In this document: in pieces, positions 51,728 to 61,687 of the stretch
Numbering within the stretch: the first letter of the stretch is position 1
Layout: every line of letters starts with the position of its first letter
Origin: Wickerhamiella versatilis
Taxonomy: Eukaryota
Assembly (NCBI GenBank): GCA_030867685.1
Contig: JAQOWU010000008.1
Span: 2,356,001-2,420,000 of the forward strand
Length of the DNA: 64,000 nt
Direction of reading: 5' to 3'
The notes under the pieces: generated by a model
The model's database searches: none
Told to the model about the DNA's origin: nothing
The model's input: only the letters and a program-made list of their open reading frames with translations
Program-made: the position numbers and the translations under genes

Positions 51728-52285
51728 TTAGCCTCTTTCAATAATATCTCGAGCTTTCTGCATCACAGACATTGACTTGGCCAATACAGCCCGGATTTCA
51801 TTGACCTCTAAAACACCAAGGTTGTCCATTTGCATATGTGACTCGTTTATTCTTGTCAACCCATCCCGAACTTTCGATAATCTGACCTCTTTCAAAGCTT
51901 GTAAATATTGGCTGATGGTGTCCGAATCACCATTGCAGTCATCAGGAGCAACTTTTAGAAGAGCTAAAGCCAGAAATTGCCACATCGGAGGTAAAGGGGT
52001 AAACCTGTCAGGATTTTCTTCTTCCTCTTTAACTAGAGCATCAAGAGTCTCCTCATTCAACCACTCAGGCCAAATGATCGAACAGCGGGACTTTTTTTTT
52101 AAAAGTATTGCAAACCAAAGAGGCACTTCAGCGCGTCTCAAAGGGCGAAGACGCGGAGTTCGCCAACCGGCTAACTTAATAGAATCCAGGGGCTGTCGAG
52201 GTAGTATTGTAACTTTCTCTTCCCCTGCAAGAAAGTTCAATTCTCCGACTTCAAATGTATCCAGCCTTGGTTGCTTCAATGCCAT
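51728..52285 (-). CDS. PSF2: GINS complex subunit Psf2
   Basis: FLAGEE.VTILPR, EVPLWFAILLKK, CSIIWPEWL, LEVNEIR. Confidence 0.95.
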   Translation of the reverse strand: MALKQPRLDTFEVGELNFLAGEEKVTILPRQPLDSIKLAGWRTPRLRPLRRAEVPLWFAILLKKKSRCSIIWPEWLNEETLDALVKEEEENPDRFTPLPPMWQFLALALLKVAPDDCNGDSDTISQYLQALKEVRLSKVRDGLTRINESHMQMDNLGVLEVNEIRAVLAKSMSVMQKARDIIERG

Positions 52286-52614
52286 TCATTTATTGATGAT
52301 GTAATATCTCGATGCTACATTTAATGCTTGCCTGCACCCCACTCCTGCTCTCGTGGCTTTAAATTACATTTAGTTCGAGACTTCAAGCTTCTCTGTATTT
52401 GTTACATGTTTATGAAACTTAGGTATAATTCCTATTGTGAGACACAGTCTGATTTAGTATTCCTACTATTGATAGAGAGGACTTTTTTAAGAAAAAACGA
52501 ATTTTATGCTATCGACTGATAATAGATAGCTTAATTCCCATACATAAGTATATAAGAGTCTGATAGCACCAAATAGGCGAACGATGGAGCCGTAGATCGT
52601 GGAGCTGGTGAGTC

Positions 52615-54063
52615 ATGGGAGCTAAGGCGCGCGATCTCATATTGACGGTACTTTCTACGACAGCGACAAAGCGTGAGGCCCGACAATATGTTCAGCGTTA
52701 TAATAAAGAAGTCACCGGTGCAATGCGTATCGCTCTCTTAAGACTTTCTGGTCGCAATAATTATGCCAGCATTACACCTAATTTGGCACGGACAATGGCT
52801 TTCATGAAAGAACTTGGTGCACATCCAGTGGTAATGCTTGATTCAGAACCACAAAGGCAAGGATATGTAGGCCCAATGCCTTTGCATTTTCATGACTATC
52901 TGCAGAATCTAGCATCTCAAGCCGAGCGTTTGAGCAGCTATGTTTCGGAGGATGTGAGACCGTTAACGGTGAGAACTCCCTTCGAATTAAGTTGCAGTGA
53001 GGGTCTTACAGCCCGATGGGATCTTTTAGAGCAACCATTGCGTCAAGGTAGGATCCCAATTCTGTTACCTATGGTTTTTGACAAAGATGTGGTGGATACA
53101 AAGCTGTATGATACAAGCAAAGCTTTAAAGGCGCTTGTGAATGGATTCAACCTCAGAAAAGACAAATATGTTATGGACAAAGTGATTTGCGTAGATCCTC
53201 TTGGAGGGCTCCCAAGTCTTCGAAGGAACAATGCTGCACATGTACTCGTCAATCTCGAACAGGAATTTGGTGAAATTAACGCAGAGATATTCAGCAGCCA
53301 GAGAATGTCTTTGCATGATCGCAAAGCACATATTGATAATCTAAACACAATGCGAGAGGTGTTGGAAATTCTGCCAGCATCTGTCTCTGGTATCATTACA
53401 ACACCACAGGCAGCTGGTCTTGTTTTACAAAGAAATCCAATAATTTACAATATATTAACGGATCGACCACTGATCTCCCCCTCATTGCCGGTTGAGCTAC
53501 ATCGTACGCAATTGAGTACTTCATTAATTCGTAAAGGTTTGTCCGTATATATGCTTCATTCTGAACACGGACTTGATCTTCGAAGACAAGCAAAAGTTGG
53601 AAATGTAAACTTGACACAACTCAAAGGTTTAATAGAAGATAGCTTCGGGAGGCGTATAGATCTCGAAAAATATCTTGATCGGTTGAAGTCTAATGTGGCC
53701 GCTGTTATAGTTGTCGGTAACTACGACGGTGCAGCAATTGTGACATGGGAGATTGCCCCAGACGGTCGTAAGGTAGCTTACCTGGACAAATTCGCTGTTC
53801 ATCCAAAATCACAGGGTGCACAAGGTGTGGCTGATATCATGCTCATTCAGATGGTTCGTAGACTATTTCGTCATGAGGTTATTTGGAGATCGCGCGCTAC
53901 AAATCCAGTGAATAAATGGTATTTTGAACGTGCTCGCGGATATATACGTATACCTAATTCTGAATGGATTGTATTTTGGATCTGTGATGAGGAAAAGCCG
54001 CCTCTGACCGACTACGTTGCCATTTGCTCTAGCATCGTGCCATCCTTCATAGCAAATGAATGA
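52615..54063 (+). CDS. ARG2: N-acetylglutamate synthase
   Basis: ILTVLSTTATKREARQY, NILTDRPLISPSLP, YLDKFAV, WRSRATNPVNKWYFER. Confidence 0.93.
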   Translation: MGAKARDLILTVLSTTATKREARQYVQRYNKEVTGAMRIALLRLSGRNNYASITPNLARTMAFMKELGAHPVVMLDSEPQRQGYVGPMPLHFHDYLQNLASQAERLSSYVSEDVRPLTVRTPFELSCSEGLTARWDLLEQPLRQGRIPILLPMVFDKDVVDTKLYDTSKALKALVNGFNLRKDKYVMDKVICVDPLGGLPSLRRNNAAHVLVNLEQEFGEINAEIFSSQRMSLHDRKAHIDNLNTMREVLEILPASVSGIITTPQAAGLVLQRNPIIYNILTDRPLISPSLPVELHRTQLSTSLIRKGLSVYMLHSEHGLDLRRQAKVGNVNLTQLKGLIEDSFGRRIDLEKYLDRLKSNVAAVIVVGNYDGAAIVTWEIAPDGRKVAYLDKFAVHPKSQGAQGVADIMLIQMVRRLFRHEVIWRSRATNPVNKWYFERARGYIRIPNSEWIVFWICDEEKPPLTDYVAICSSIVPSFIANE

Positions 54064-54221
54064 ACTTTGGAAGAGATCTAAATCTTTTTTTTTCTTATTC
54101 TATAGTAAGTTCTTGCCTCATAGCTACCGATTTCTAAATGTTTTACTATTATTTTAAGCAAGCATCATAAAAAGCAGATGACTCTTGTAGGATGACATGT
54201 AAATAGGCAATGAATACAAAA

Positions 54222-55505
54222 TTATGCTCCTTCTTGACCAAAATCTTTCGTGAAATCGAGTTGCCTATCAATGTCTGACTGATTTACGGTTGGTCGGGTA
54301 GTGGCTATACTGCGTAAGAAGTCAGAAACATCGAGCTCAGGGAGTTCTAACTCGTCACCATCTATGTCGATCCAGTTCATTTCACGCGCATCTGGATCAC
54401 CAGGTGAGCAAGGCATCAACCTCCCTGGGCTGACCTCTTTGAAATGAGTAGCCTGTTGTAATTTCCTGACAGGTTGCATTAGCGCATCTTTCACTAGCAC
54501 GGCAACATCATGGCCACTATATCCTTCTGTCATTTGAGCCAACTTACGAATGTCTGATTTCGACAAAGTCGTGGGCGTATCACCGATGTCCAATTCAAAC
54601 ATAGATTCTCGGGCATGAACATCAGGTAATGGGATATAAATACGACGTTCAAATCGACGACGTACAGCCGCATCCAGCTGCCACGGTATATTTGTAGCAC
54701 CAAGCACTAGGACTCCCTGCTGGTCTTGTCCAACGCCGTTCATTTGAACTAGTAGTTCTGTAATGATACGTCGAGATGCTTCAGAGCCACCCTCGTCCCT
54801 AGGTCCACAAAGGGCATCTACTTCGTCAATAAAAATAACAGATGGCTTGGATTCTCTCGCAATGGTGAATAACTGCTTCACTAAACGCTCTGACTCTCCC
54901 ATCCACTTTGATACCAAGTCACTTGACGAAATACTAAAAAACGTCGCATTTGACTCGGTAGCAACAGCCTTCGCAAGATAACTTTTACCTGTACCAGGTG
55001 GACCATATAGTAATATACCTGATACAGGCTTTCTGTTGCCAACAAACAATTGAGGAAACTTCACAGGTAATATTACTGCTTCTTTGAGAGCATCCTTCGC
55101 ACCTTCGAGACCTGCAACATCATCCCAGTGAACATTAGGTTTCTCTGATACAATCGAACCCATTAAAGCTCCTCTCAACTTGTTTGTCTCGTTGTCGTCA
55201 TCGTTACCGGAACCTGGTTTCTTAGCACGAGTATTGCCACCACCTACGTTGTTATCAGCACTACCTTGTTGTCTTTGCAGTTTTTCGAGGTGTTCTTTAA
55301 GCTGTTCTGCCCTAGACATATATTCAGCTGCCTTCTGTTTGATCATTTCTTGTGCTTTCTTGTTCTTTTCCCACTTAAGCGCCGTCATGAAATATTCGAG
55401 ACCCTGCATATACATTTTGTATGCATCATCATATCTACCTCCAGTATCTGCTTGTATTGCATGATGTACTTGATCAATTCCTTTTTGAAGGAATTCCGCG
55501 CTCAT
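54222..55505 (-). CDS. VPS4: ESCRT AAA ATPase Vps4
   Basis: MIT domain, [28 protein letters not shown]. Confidence 0.98.
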   Translation of the reverse strand: MSAEFLQKGIDQVHHAIQADTGGRYDDAYKMYMQGLEYFMTALKWEKNKKAQEMIKQKAAEYMSRAEQLKEHLEKLQRQQGSADNNVGGGNTRAKKPGSGNDDDNETNKLRGALMGSIVSEKPNVHWDDVAGLEGAKDALKEAVILPVKFPQLFVGNRKPVSGILLYGPPGTGKSYLAKAVATESNATFFSISSSDLVSKWMGESERLVKQLFTIARESKPSVIFIDEVDALCGPRDEGGSEASRRIITELLVQMNGVGQDQQGVLVLGATNIPWQLDAAVRRRFERRIYIPLPDVHARESMFELDIGDTPTTLSKSDIRKLAQMTEGYSGHDVAVLVKDALMQPVRKLQQATHFKEVSPGRLMPCSPGDPDAREMNWIDIDGDELELPELDVSDFLRSIATTRPTVNQSDIDRQLDFTKDFGQEGA

Positions 55506-55616
55506 AGACTAGCTTTATGTGTCAGCGGATGTTTGTTTCCAGCTGGCCACGACCAGTAAAATAGAGCAGTATAAAAACACAAACGATTACGTGTACTATC
55601 GAAAGAAATGCTTAAA

Positions 55617-57665
55617 CTAGTAGGAAGCGACAAAATTGTTGTTATTATTGCATGATTGGGCGTTCAATTGCTGGGGCTGCTGCTGGGGCTGCTGGCAGGT
55701 GCTCACCAATTGCTGAGGTTGCTGCTGGGGCTGTTGGCAGGTGCTAACTAGTTGCTGAGGTTGCTGCTGGGGCTGCTGGCAGGTGCTAACTAGTTGCTGA
55801 GGTTGCTGCTGGGGCTGCTGGCAGGTGCTAACTAGTTGCTGTGGTTGCTGCTGAGGCTGTTGGCATGAGTCGAGCTGCTGGGGCTGCTGGCACGAATTGA
55901 GTTGCTGGGGCTGCTGGCATGATCCATCACCGGAAATCAACTGACTACCGTTCGGATCCGAGCCCTGACCAGACCCTTGTTGCTGGGTTCCGTAGGCTGA
56001 ACCATAGTTGTAGGGATATCCGCCATAGTAGCCACCATAGTAGCCACCGTACTGAGGATAACCGTAACCTCCTTGGTTATACTGTTGATTGTAGCCCTGG
56101 TAGTTCGGATAGCCATACTGACTTTGCTGGCCTTGCGCACCATAGCCTGGCTGAACAGAAGGATCTGATGCGCCATCGTTGTCACTATCGCCAAGAAGGA
56201 TACCCGGGCAAAATTCTTTGAATGCCTTCAAATACGTTGATGGCCATAAAATCTTGAACCAGCGTCCACAGCCATTACCACATCCATGATTGTACCAATT
56301 GTCTATAAAGTCACCAAGGGCAGTGAAACCAGTGAGATCATCACCATTGCCTCCTCCGTTGCCACCGTAGCCTCCATAGCCACCGTAGCCGCCTTGTGGG
56401 TATCCGTACCCACCATATCCCTGTTGTGGAGATCCATAGCCACCACCATATCCCTGTTGTGGATATCCATAGCCACCACCATACCCCTGTTGTGGATATC
56501 CATAACCACCACCATAGTAGCTCTGTTGATATCCTGTTGATGGAGCTTGAGCGCCTTGATATCCTGTGGAAGGAGCTTGCGCACCTGGTGCCTGGCGCTT
56601 GAACACATTGACTGTCTCGTCATCTGAGTCGACGTTCTCATCCTCGTATAGATTCTGGACCGAGGACTTTTCATGGCTGTGTGTCTCTGTCGGTTGTTCA
56701 AGCTGACCAGCTTGCGATGCAGACTGTTGTTGGGCCGCGCCGTAGGGGCCATTTGCATAACCACCATAGCCGCCACCATAGCCGCTACCGTAGCCGCTAC
56801 CGTAGCCATTACCATTATAGCCGCTACCACCATTGTTGCCATATCCACCGTAATTGCCTCCATGATAAGGCTGGTTACGTGGTTCATATCCAGGAGTAGG
56901 TTCAGGAGTCCCGCCGGATCCAAAACTACTTGGAAGAGGAATAGGAGTGGCATATGGAGCATTTTCCTCACCATCGTAGTATCCAGAGTTGTATCCTGCA
57001 TCGAATCCCTCGACATATGCGGGGCTAGTTAAAGCGCTAGTAGCAGCGCTATATGTCTGATATGGGTTATATGTCTGGTAGGGGGAAGGCGAGAATGTGC
57101 TCGTTGATTGAATGGTCGAAGTAGATGAGTACTGGCGACCATAGCCATTGTTGCCGTAACCATTGTTTCCGTAGCCATAGCCATTGTTGCTGCCGTAGCC
57201 GTAGCCATTGCTGTTACCGTAGCCATATCCGCTACCGTATCCGCTACCGTATCCGCTTCTGGCTCCCCCATATTGGTTGCCGTGTCCAGCATATTGATGC
57301 TCATCGACATCAATTCCACTGGAGCCACTGGAACCACCAGAGGAAAAAAGATCATCACCACCATCATCGCCAGACCCATCATCTGAGCCGTCATCTGATC
57401 CGCTTGGTGATATGTCTAAATCACTCCCATCGGCAGACGTGGCATGAACGTCCACCTCAAGGTCATCCGGATCAGTTGATTCGAATTGGAATGAGAATGA
57501 CTTGATATGGGTGTTCGACGCGCTTGTCGCGGTCGCTACATCTGAGCTAGTTGTCTTCGAGGGTCCTGAAGTAACTGCATCGGAAATATTATTATCCTTT
57601 GAGTTTTCACTACCTTGTGCCACGACAAGTGACGCGGAAAGAGCGGCACCAACAAGGTACTTCAT
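55617..57665 (-). CDS. Secreted Gly/Tyr/Gln-rich repetitive protein (putative wall/matrix protein)
   Basis: Signal peptide MKYLVGAALSASLVVA, GYG repeats, Kex2-like NVFKR|Q site, small Cys cluster, C-terminal Cys/Gln repeats. Confidence 0.8.
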   Translation of the reverse strand: MKYLVGAALSASLVVAQGSENSKDNNISDAVTSGPSKTTSSDVATATSASNTHIKSFSFQFESTDPDDLEVDVHATSADGSDLDISPSGSDDGSDDGSGDDGGDDLFSSGGSSGSSGIDVDEHQYAGHGNQYGGARSGYGSGYGSGYGYGNSNGYGYGSNNGYGYGNNGYGNNGYGRQYSSTSTIQSTSTFSPSPYQTYNPYQTYSAATSALTSPAYVEGFDAGYNSGYYDGEENAPYATPIPLPSSFGSGGTPEPTPGYEPRNQPYHGGNYGGYGNNGGSGYNGNGYGSGYGSGYGGGYGGYANGPYGAAQQQSASQAGQLEQPTETHSHEKSSVQNLYEDENVDSDDETVNVFKRQAPGAQAPSTGYQGAQAPSTGYQQSYYGGGYGYPQQGYGGGYGYPQQGYGGGYGSPQQGYGGYGYPQGGYGGYGGYGGNGGGNGDDLTGFTALGDFIDNWYNHGCGNGCGRWFKILWPSTYLKAFKEFCPGILLGDSDNDGASDPSVQPGYGAQGQQSQYGYPNYQGYNQQYNQGGYGYPQYGGYYGGYYGGYPYNYGSAYGTQQQGSGQGSDPNGSQLISGDGSCQQPQQLNSCQQPQQLDSCQQPQQQPQQLVSTCQQPQQQPQQLVSTCQQPQQQPQQLVSTCQQPQQQPQQLVSTCQQPQQQPQQLNAQSCNNNNNFVASY
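55666..55920 (-). repeat. 42-bp tandem repeat encoding CQQPQQQPQQLVST (about 4-5 copies) plus shorter CQQPQQL units
   Basis: Near-identical units GGCAGGTGCTAACTAGTTGCTGAGGTTGCTGCTGGGGCTGCT on the + strand. Confidence 0.92.
56395..56590 (-). repeat. 30-bp coding repeats (GGGYGYPQQGY; GAQAPSTGYQ)
   Basis: Repeated CCCTGTTGTGGATATCCATAGCCACCACCATA-like units. Confidence 0.8.
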
Positions 57666-57958
57666 AGCCTGGACAGTAGACTATGTGCATGTTCATCTCA
57701 TTTATAGCACCGACGGCGTTCTCTGAGCTTTCCCTGTTAAGCAGCTTCCAAATGAGTCAAGAATACCAGTGGACAGCAGATATCGTTGAGCCTTCCTCAT
57801 TAGGGATATGCCCTCAATTAGAAATCCTTCCTTCTTAGTATGGCCTGGCCTTTTCTAGCAGTTGGGCGCATGCTATAGGAGCTGTCTTGCATATTCCAAC
57901 CAGTAGATAGTAGATGGTGAGAGTGGATTAGGCCATCGAGGTTATGACACGGTGACTT

Positions 57959-58369
57959 TCAGTCTCTTAAAATTTCGAATTGAAGAGGACTTGGTGGTCT
58001 TCTTAAATATAGCTGGGATAGTTGGGGATCGGCCCGAACTATGCCGCGCGGGGGTGTAGCATCTAGTGGTATATGCATGTTGCAATCTTCCTCGAGTCTA
58101 CGTGCTGGTTTCCATTGTCCTGTGAGCTCTGCCTTGATTCCATGTTGTTCTTTGAATCCTGGATGTTCCTGTGTTCGATCAACTAGGACACGAGTCTCTG
58201 TCCTACGCGTCTGATGCTCGATGAATGAAACGCGTTTCTTTGCAAGAGGGCTACCGCGCTCACTAGTTGGTAGGTTCTCTTTTGCATTATTGCGCAGTTT
58301 GGGAGGAGATACATGCGCAATATTCACTTCGACAGATGAGAGTGCACGTTCACTTCCTAAGGGCGGCAT
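57959..58369 (-). CDS. Hypothetical 136-aa disordered protein with KEN, RVxF and SP/TP motifs
   Basis: ATG ORF filling the gap. Contains AKENLP, KKRVSF and several SP/TP sites. Confidence 0.55.
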   Translation of the reverse strand: MPPLGSERALSSVEVNIAHVSPPKLRNNAKENLPTSERGSPLAKKRVSFIEHQTRRTETRVLVDRTQEHPGFKEQHGIKAELTGQWKPARRLEEDCNMHIPLDATPPRGIVRADPQLSQLYLRRPPSPLQFEILRD

Positions 58370-58732
58370 GATGATGCCTAATGATTCACCAAAGTTAATC
58401 CCACGTTATCTGGTCTATATTTTAAATTATAACACTGGTTAGTGTCATGTATGCTTTGAATGTTTTTGTTTTTAAGGATCTGTACTATTCCTCGAGTGAC
58501 AATTTCAGATGACATATTGAACATATGTACGTTAAATTGCAACTATATCGTAAAACGGAATATATATATAAGATGATCTAAATAAATTCAGGAAGGGACC
58601 GAGACGTGAATACAACGAACAAGGAAATAAGAACAAGGTGTTATAAGAGCTTAAACAAATCATAGTCATAGTCAACGTCATCAGCAGTGCATAAGACGAA
58701 GGGCATATCATAGACGTCAGAGTTTCTCAAGG

Positions 58733-60550
58733 TTAATTCAAAACTTCGTAGGGGAGACGTGTTTGAGTTAGTTCATGGCGTAGTCTATCAAGAAGATATG
58801 CATCTCGCTGGTTCTGCTGAGCTATTAGCCTTTGTCGTTCTTGGGTCCTCAAGTCTTCCTCCAAGGATAGCCATTTGTTTTGCTCCTCCTGCTTACGCCG
58901 ATCTTCTTCTCTTTCCTTTTCTTTCAAGGCATCATGCTGCAACTTATTCTCCCAGAATTGATCCAGCTGGCTCCTTACGTCTTTTTGTATACGGTCAGAC
59001 ATCTCTTCTTGTGCCCTTTGACTAGTGTAAAGATTCTCCCTTTGCTTCTGTTCCTTTAACAGCTCATCCTGTAGCTGCGATATCCTACGTTGATACTCAT
59101 TTATTTCATTCCATTGCTGAGTGCTCGGCCCACCCCATTTGCCATTCTGTCCCGAAGCGCCAGGCAGATGCTTGGCCGGATTTAGCAAGTAGAGACGTTT
59201 GCCATTAACCTCAACCCAACCTTGAGGGGATTGTGCTTGAAATTTCCAGTTTGGACCCAGGCAAGAAATCGGCTGTGATGGGGAAGGCGGCGAGGGACAG
59301 ATCATAGGTAGGCTATTTTGCACAGCCGGAGAAGGCAACGAGGACTGCGAGCAAGGCGAAACTGATGTTTCACAACTAGAGGGAGTCTCATTAGATGGTA
59401 GTAATGCAGGTGTACTAGTTGAAGACGGAACCGCGTCAGATGATTGAGAGCATGCATACTGATTTAAGGCGGAGAGCAGCATTGATACGGTAGAATCGAG
59501 TGATTGAGGAGACTGGCAGTTACCATTAGGATTGCCTGATGCAGGAACAGAGGGCATCTGGTACGGGTTCCATGCGTTCCAAGGATTCATGCACCAGGGC
59601 GGATACATCATGGGTGGATAGCACATTGGCATACACATACATCCACAACCATTTGCGCCCATAGGAGCTTGTGATGACGAACTTCCTGAGTCGTTTGAGC
59701 CTGAGCCTGAATCGCTACCAGAGTCATCGCCTCCACCACTACCAGAGTCACCTCCATCACCTCCATCACCCCCGCTATCACCACTACCACTATCATCACC
59801 CCCATCACCACTGTCGTCGCCATTATCACCCCCATCACCACTGTCACCACCACTATCACTTCCATCACTGCCGCCACTTCCGTCGCCGCTTGAATCAGAA
59901 CCCGATGGTTGGGGAGGCGGCTGAGGTGGTGGCTGCATTGGATTTCCACCATACCCATATGGGGAGTATCCATAACCATAAGGAGGTGGATAATAAGGAG
60001 CAGGCTGTTGGGGAGGAGCGGGAGGATAAGGAGCAGGATGAGGTGTAGTACTTTCCTGCCTACTTTTTGAGACCAAAATTCCAGGACAGAAATTATGCAC
60101 CCTACTGCAAAGACACGTAGGGCATAAGCATTGAAGAAAACCTGGACAAAGCCCTCTGCACAATCCGGTTGTTGAGCTTGGCTGTTCTTCAGAGCTATGC
60201 TCCGGCTCTGCTGATGGCTGAGCTTGTGGAAAGTAGTAATATATCGTGGTTGCTTGCGAGGGTGGAGCACCTGGGGGTGGTGTCTGCGGTTGTGGCTGCT
60301 GTTGTGGGGGCGGCGCTGCTGTTTGCGGCGGAGCCTGCGGTGGCTGCTGATAAGGATAGTAAGGGGCAGGTTGATTGTAATTCTGCCTTTTGAATATATT
60401 TGGATTACCTGTATCTGTAGCTATGCCTGTGCCAGTTACCAGCTCTGATACAGTCATTGTAGAGTGCCCCGGTGTAATGTGATGATGACGGCTCGGCAAT
60501 GCCAGAGCTAAGCTTGCCATGGCCAGCGCCAACATCAGCACTGTCAACAT
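58733..60550 (-). CDS. Secreted Pro/Gly-Asp/Cys-rich protein with C-terminal coiled coil
   Basis: Signal peptide MLTVLMLALAMASLALA, NIFKR|Q site, Cys cluster ending FCPGIL, GD-rich spacer, E/Q/R-rich helical tail. TATA box about 25 nt upstream. Confidence 0.8.
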   Translation of the reverse strand: MLTVLMLALAMASLALALPSRHHHITPGHSTMTVSELVTGTGIATDTGNPNIFKRQNYNQPAPYYPYQQPPQAPPQTAAPPPQQQPQPQTPPPGAPPSQATTIYYYFPQAQPSAEPEHSSEEQPSSTTGLCRGLCPGFLQCLCPTCLCSRVHNFCPGILVSKSRQESTTPHPAPYPPAPPQQPAPYYPPPYGYGYSPYGYGGNPMQPPPQPPPQPSGSDSSGDGSGGSDGSDSGGDSGDGGDNGDDSGDGGDDSGSGDSGGDGGDGGDSGSGGGDDSGSDSGSGSNDSGSSSSQAPMGANGCGCMCMPMCYPPMMYPPWCMNPWNAWNPYQMPSVPASGNPNGNCQSPQSLDSTVSMLLSALNQYACSQSSDAVPSSTSTPALLPSNETPSSCETSVSPCSQSSLPSPAVQNSLPMICPSPPSPSQPISCLGPNWKFQAQSPQGWVEVNGKRLYLLNPAKHLPGASGQNGKWGGPSTQQWNEINEYQRRISQLQDELLKEQKQRENLYTSQRAQEEMSDRIQKDVRSQLDQFWENKLQHDALKEKEREEDRRKQEEQNKWLSLEEDLRTQERQRLIAQQNQRDAYLLDRLRHELTQTRLPYEVLN

Positions 60551-60941
60551 GTTTTAATCTTTAAACGGTGATTTAATATATATAATATGTAAAAGCTCAC
60601 TGTAGTTGCCATTAAGGGTAAATATACCTTGCTATTTCCTTTTTTGAGTGAGTGAGGTAAAGTACAGAAGATAAATTCTTACACCAAAAGCTCTATTTAC
60701 ACTTTGTTACATGATCCACAGGACTATCATCATCGATCAATATGAGTGTATTCTAGATTATTAGAAGTATGATATTCAATTTATCATTGCCAGCAAACAC
60801 GAAAATTCAATATGCAACATTCCACCAGACAATTAAGCCACAGTTATCCCTTATTGTCCACTAATTTAACACCGGGATATCTTACATTCCCCAACCAAGA
60901 ATAAGAAATGGAACATGCTTACAGATACACTATTCACATGA

Positions 60942-61493
60942 ATGTTCAAGCGTAGGACTAAACGTGTAACCACACCAGGGAAAACTAAGATCGAATACGA
61001 GGACAAATTATCACACAATGAAGATAAATTCAAGCCTCTGAAACCTACGTCTACTGGTGCGAAGCTCACATTCTCTGAGCTGCAGCAGCGCTACCTTGCT
61101 GGTACGGCTAATGAAGGTTTTGGATGCATTGGTAACGTAGAGAATTCTACTGACGACACGAAAAAAGAAATTCTTTCTGAAGACGGAAAGAGTTTATATG
61201 ACTTTCCGCAGGAGAAAAATATGCATATGCGCGCTGACAATTCTAGTGGGGAAGCCGATAATGATGATAATGATGACCTTGAGCTTGGCGAAAATAGTCA
61301 ATGGGAATTTCAACAACTTAAAAGAGTGATGGGGAATAGTTTAACAGTACCACAGACATTGGCTTTACCAAAGTGGGATAATATTATAAACCGAATCAAT
61401 CATCGCATAAATGAAGTCGACAGGGAAATGGCAGCGATAGCCGAGCAATTGGATTCGCATGATTCAGAAAGAAAGATAGAGTTTGTTGTTTGA
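60942..61493 (+). CDS. Hypothetical protein, possibly spliceosome-disassembly factor Ntr2-like
   Basis: MFKRR start, acidic middle, WEFQQLKR, then LPKW and a coiled coil, recalling fungal Ntr2/GCFC proteins. Assignment is weak. Confidence 0.45.
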   Translation: MFKRRTKRVTTPGKTKIEYEDKLSHNEDKFKPLKPTSTGAKLTFSELQQRYLAGTANEGFGCIGNVENSTDDTKKEILSEDGKSLYDFPQEKNMHMRADNSSGEADNDDNDDLELGENSQWEFQQLKRVMGNSLTVPQTLALPKWDNIINRINHRINEVDREMAAIAEQLDSHDSERKIEFVV

Positions 61494-61664
61494 AAGGGGT
61501 GGAGGTTGTGATTAGGAGGTGTAAAAGTACTATGGAGGAAAAGCAAAAGGTTATTATATAGATGAATGTTTATATAGCTTGCCATTAATTGATTTACATG
61601 AACCTGAAATGGTGAACCTGCGCACATTTTCCTATATATGCATGTCCATATGTGTTTTTTGAAG

Positions 61665-61671
61665 TGAGTCA
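61665..61671. promoter_or_regulatory. Gcn4/AP-1 site (TGAGTCA) between the TATA-like element and the ARG3 ATG
   Basis: Exact consensus 16 nt upstream of ATG 61688. Confidence 0.5.
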
Positions 61672-61687
61672 GTCATACGCTTATCTC

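Noticed and set aside
52608-52613. GTGAGT near the ARG2 and ARG3 starts as intron donors
   Set aside because: Conserved coding sequence begins immediately downstream and no branch point/acceptor fits, so the TGAGTCA site reading is preferred.
55617-57400. Tandem repeats considered as a CRISPR array or satellite
   Set aside because: No unique spacers; unit lengths are multiples of 3 and lie in frame within a CDS.
56303-57505. Long alternate-frame and antisense ORFs (MATMV-rich, His-rich) here and at 59608-60448 and 23034-24022
   Set aside because: Shadows of repetitive low-complexity coding sequence that lacks stop codons in other frames.
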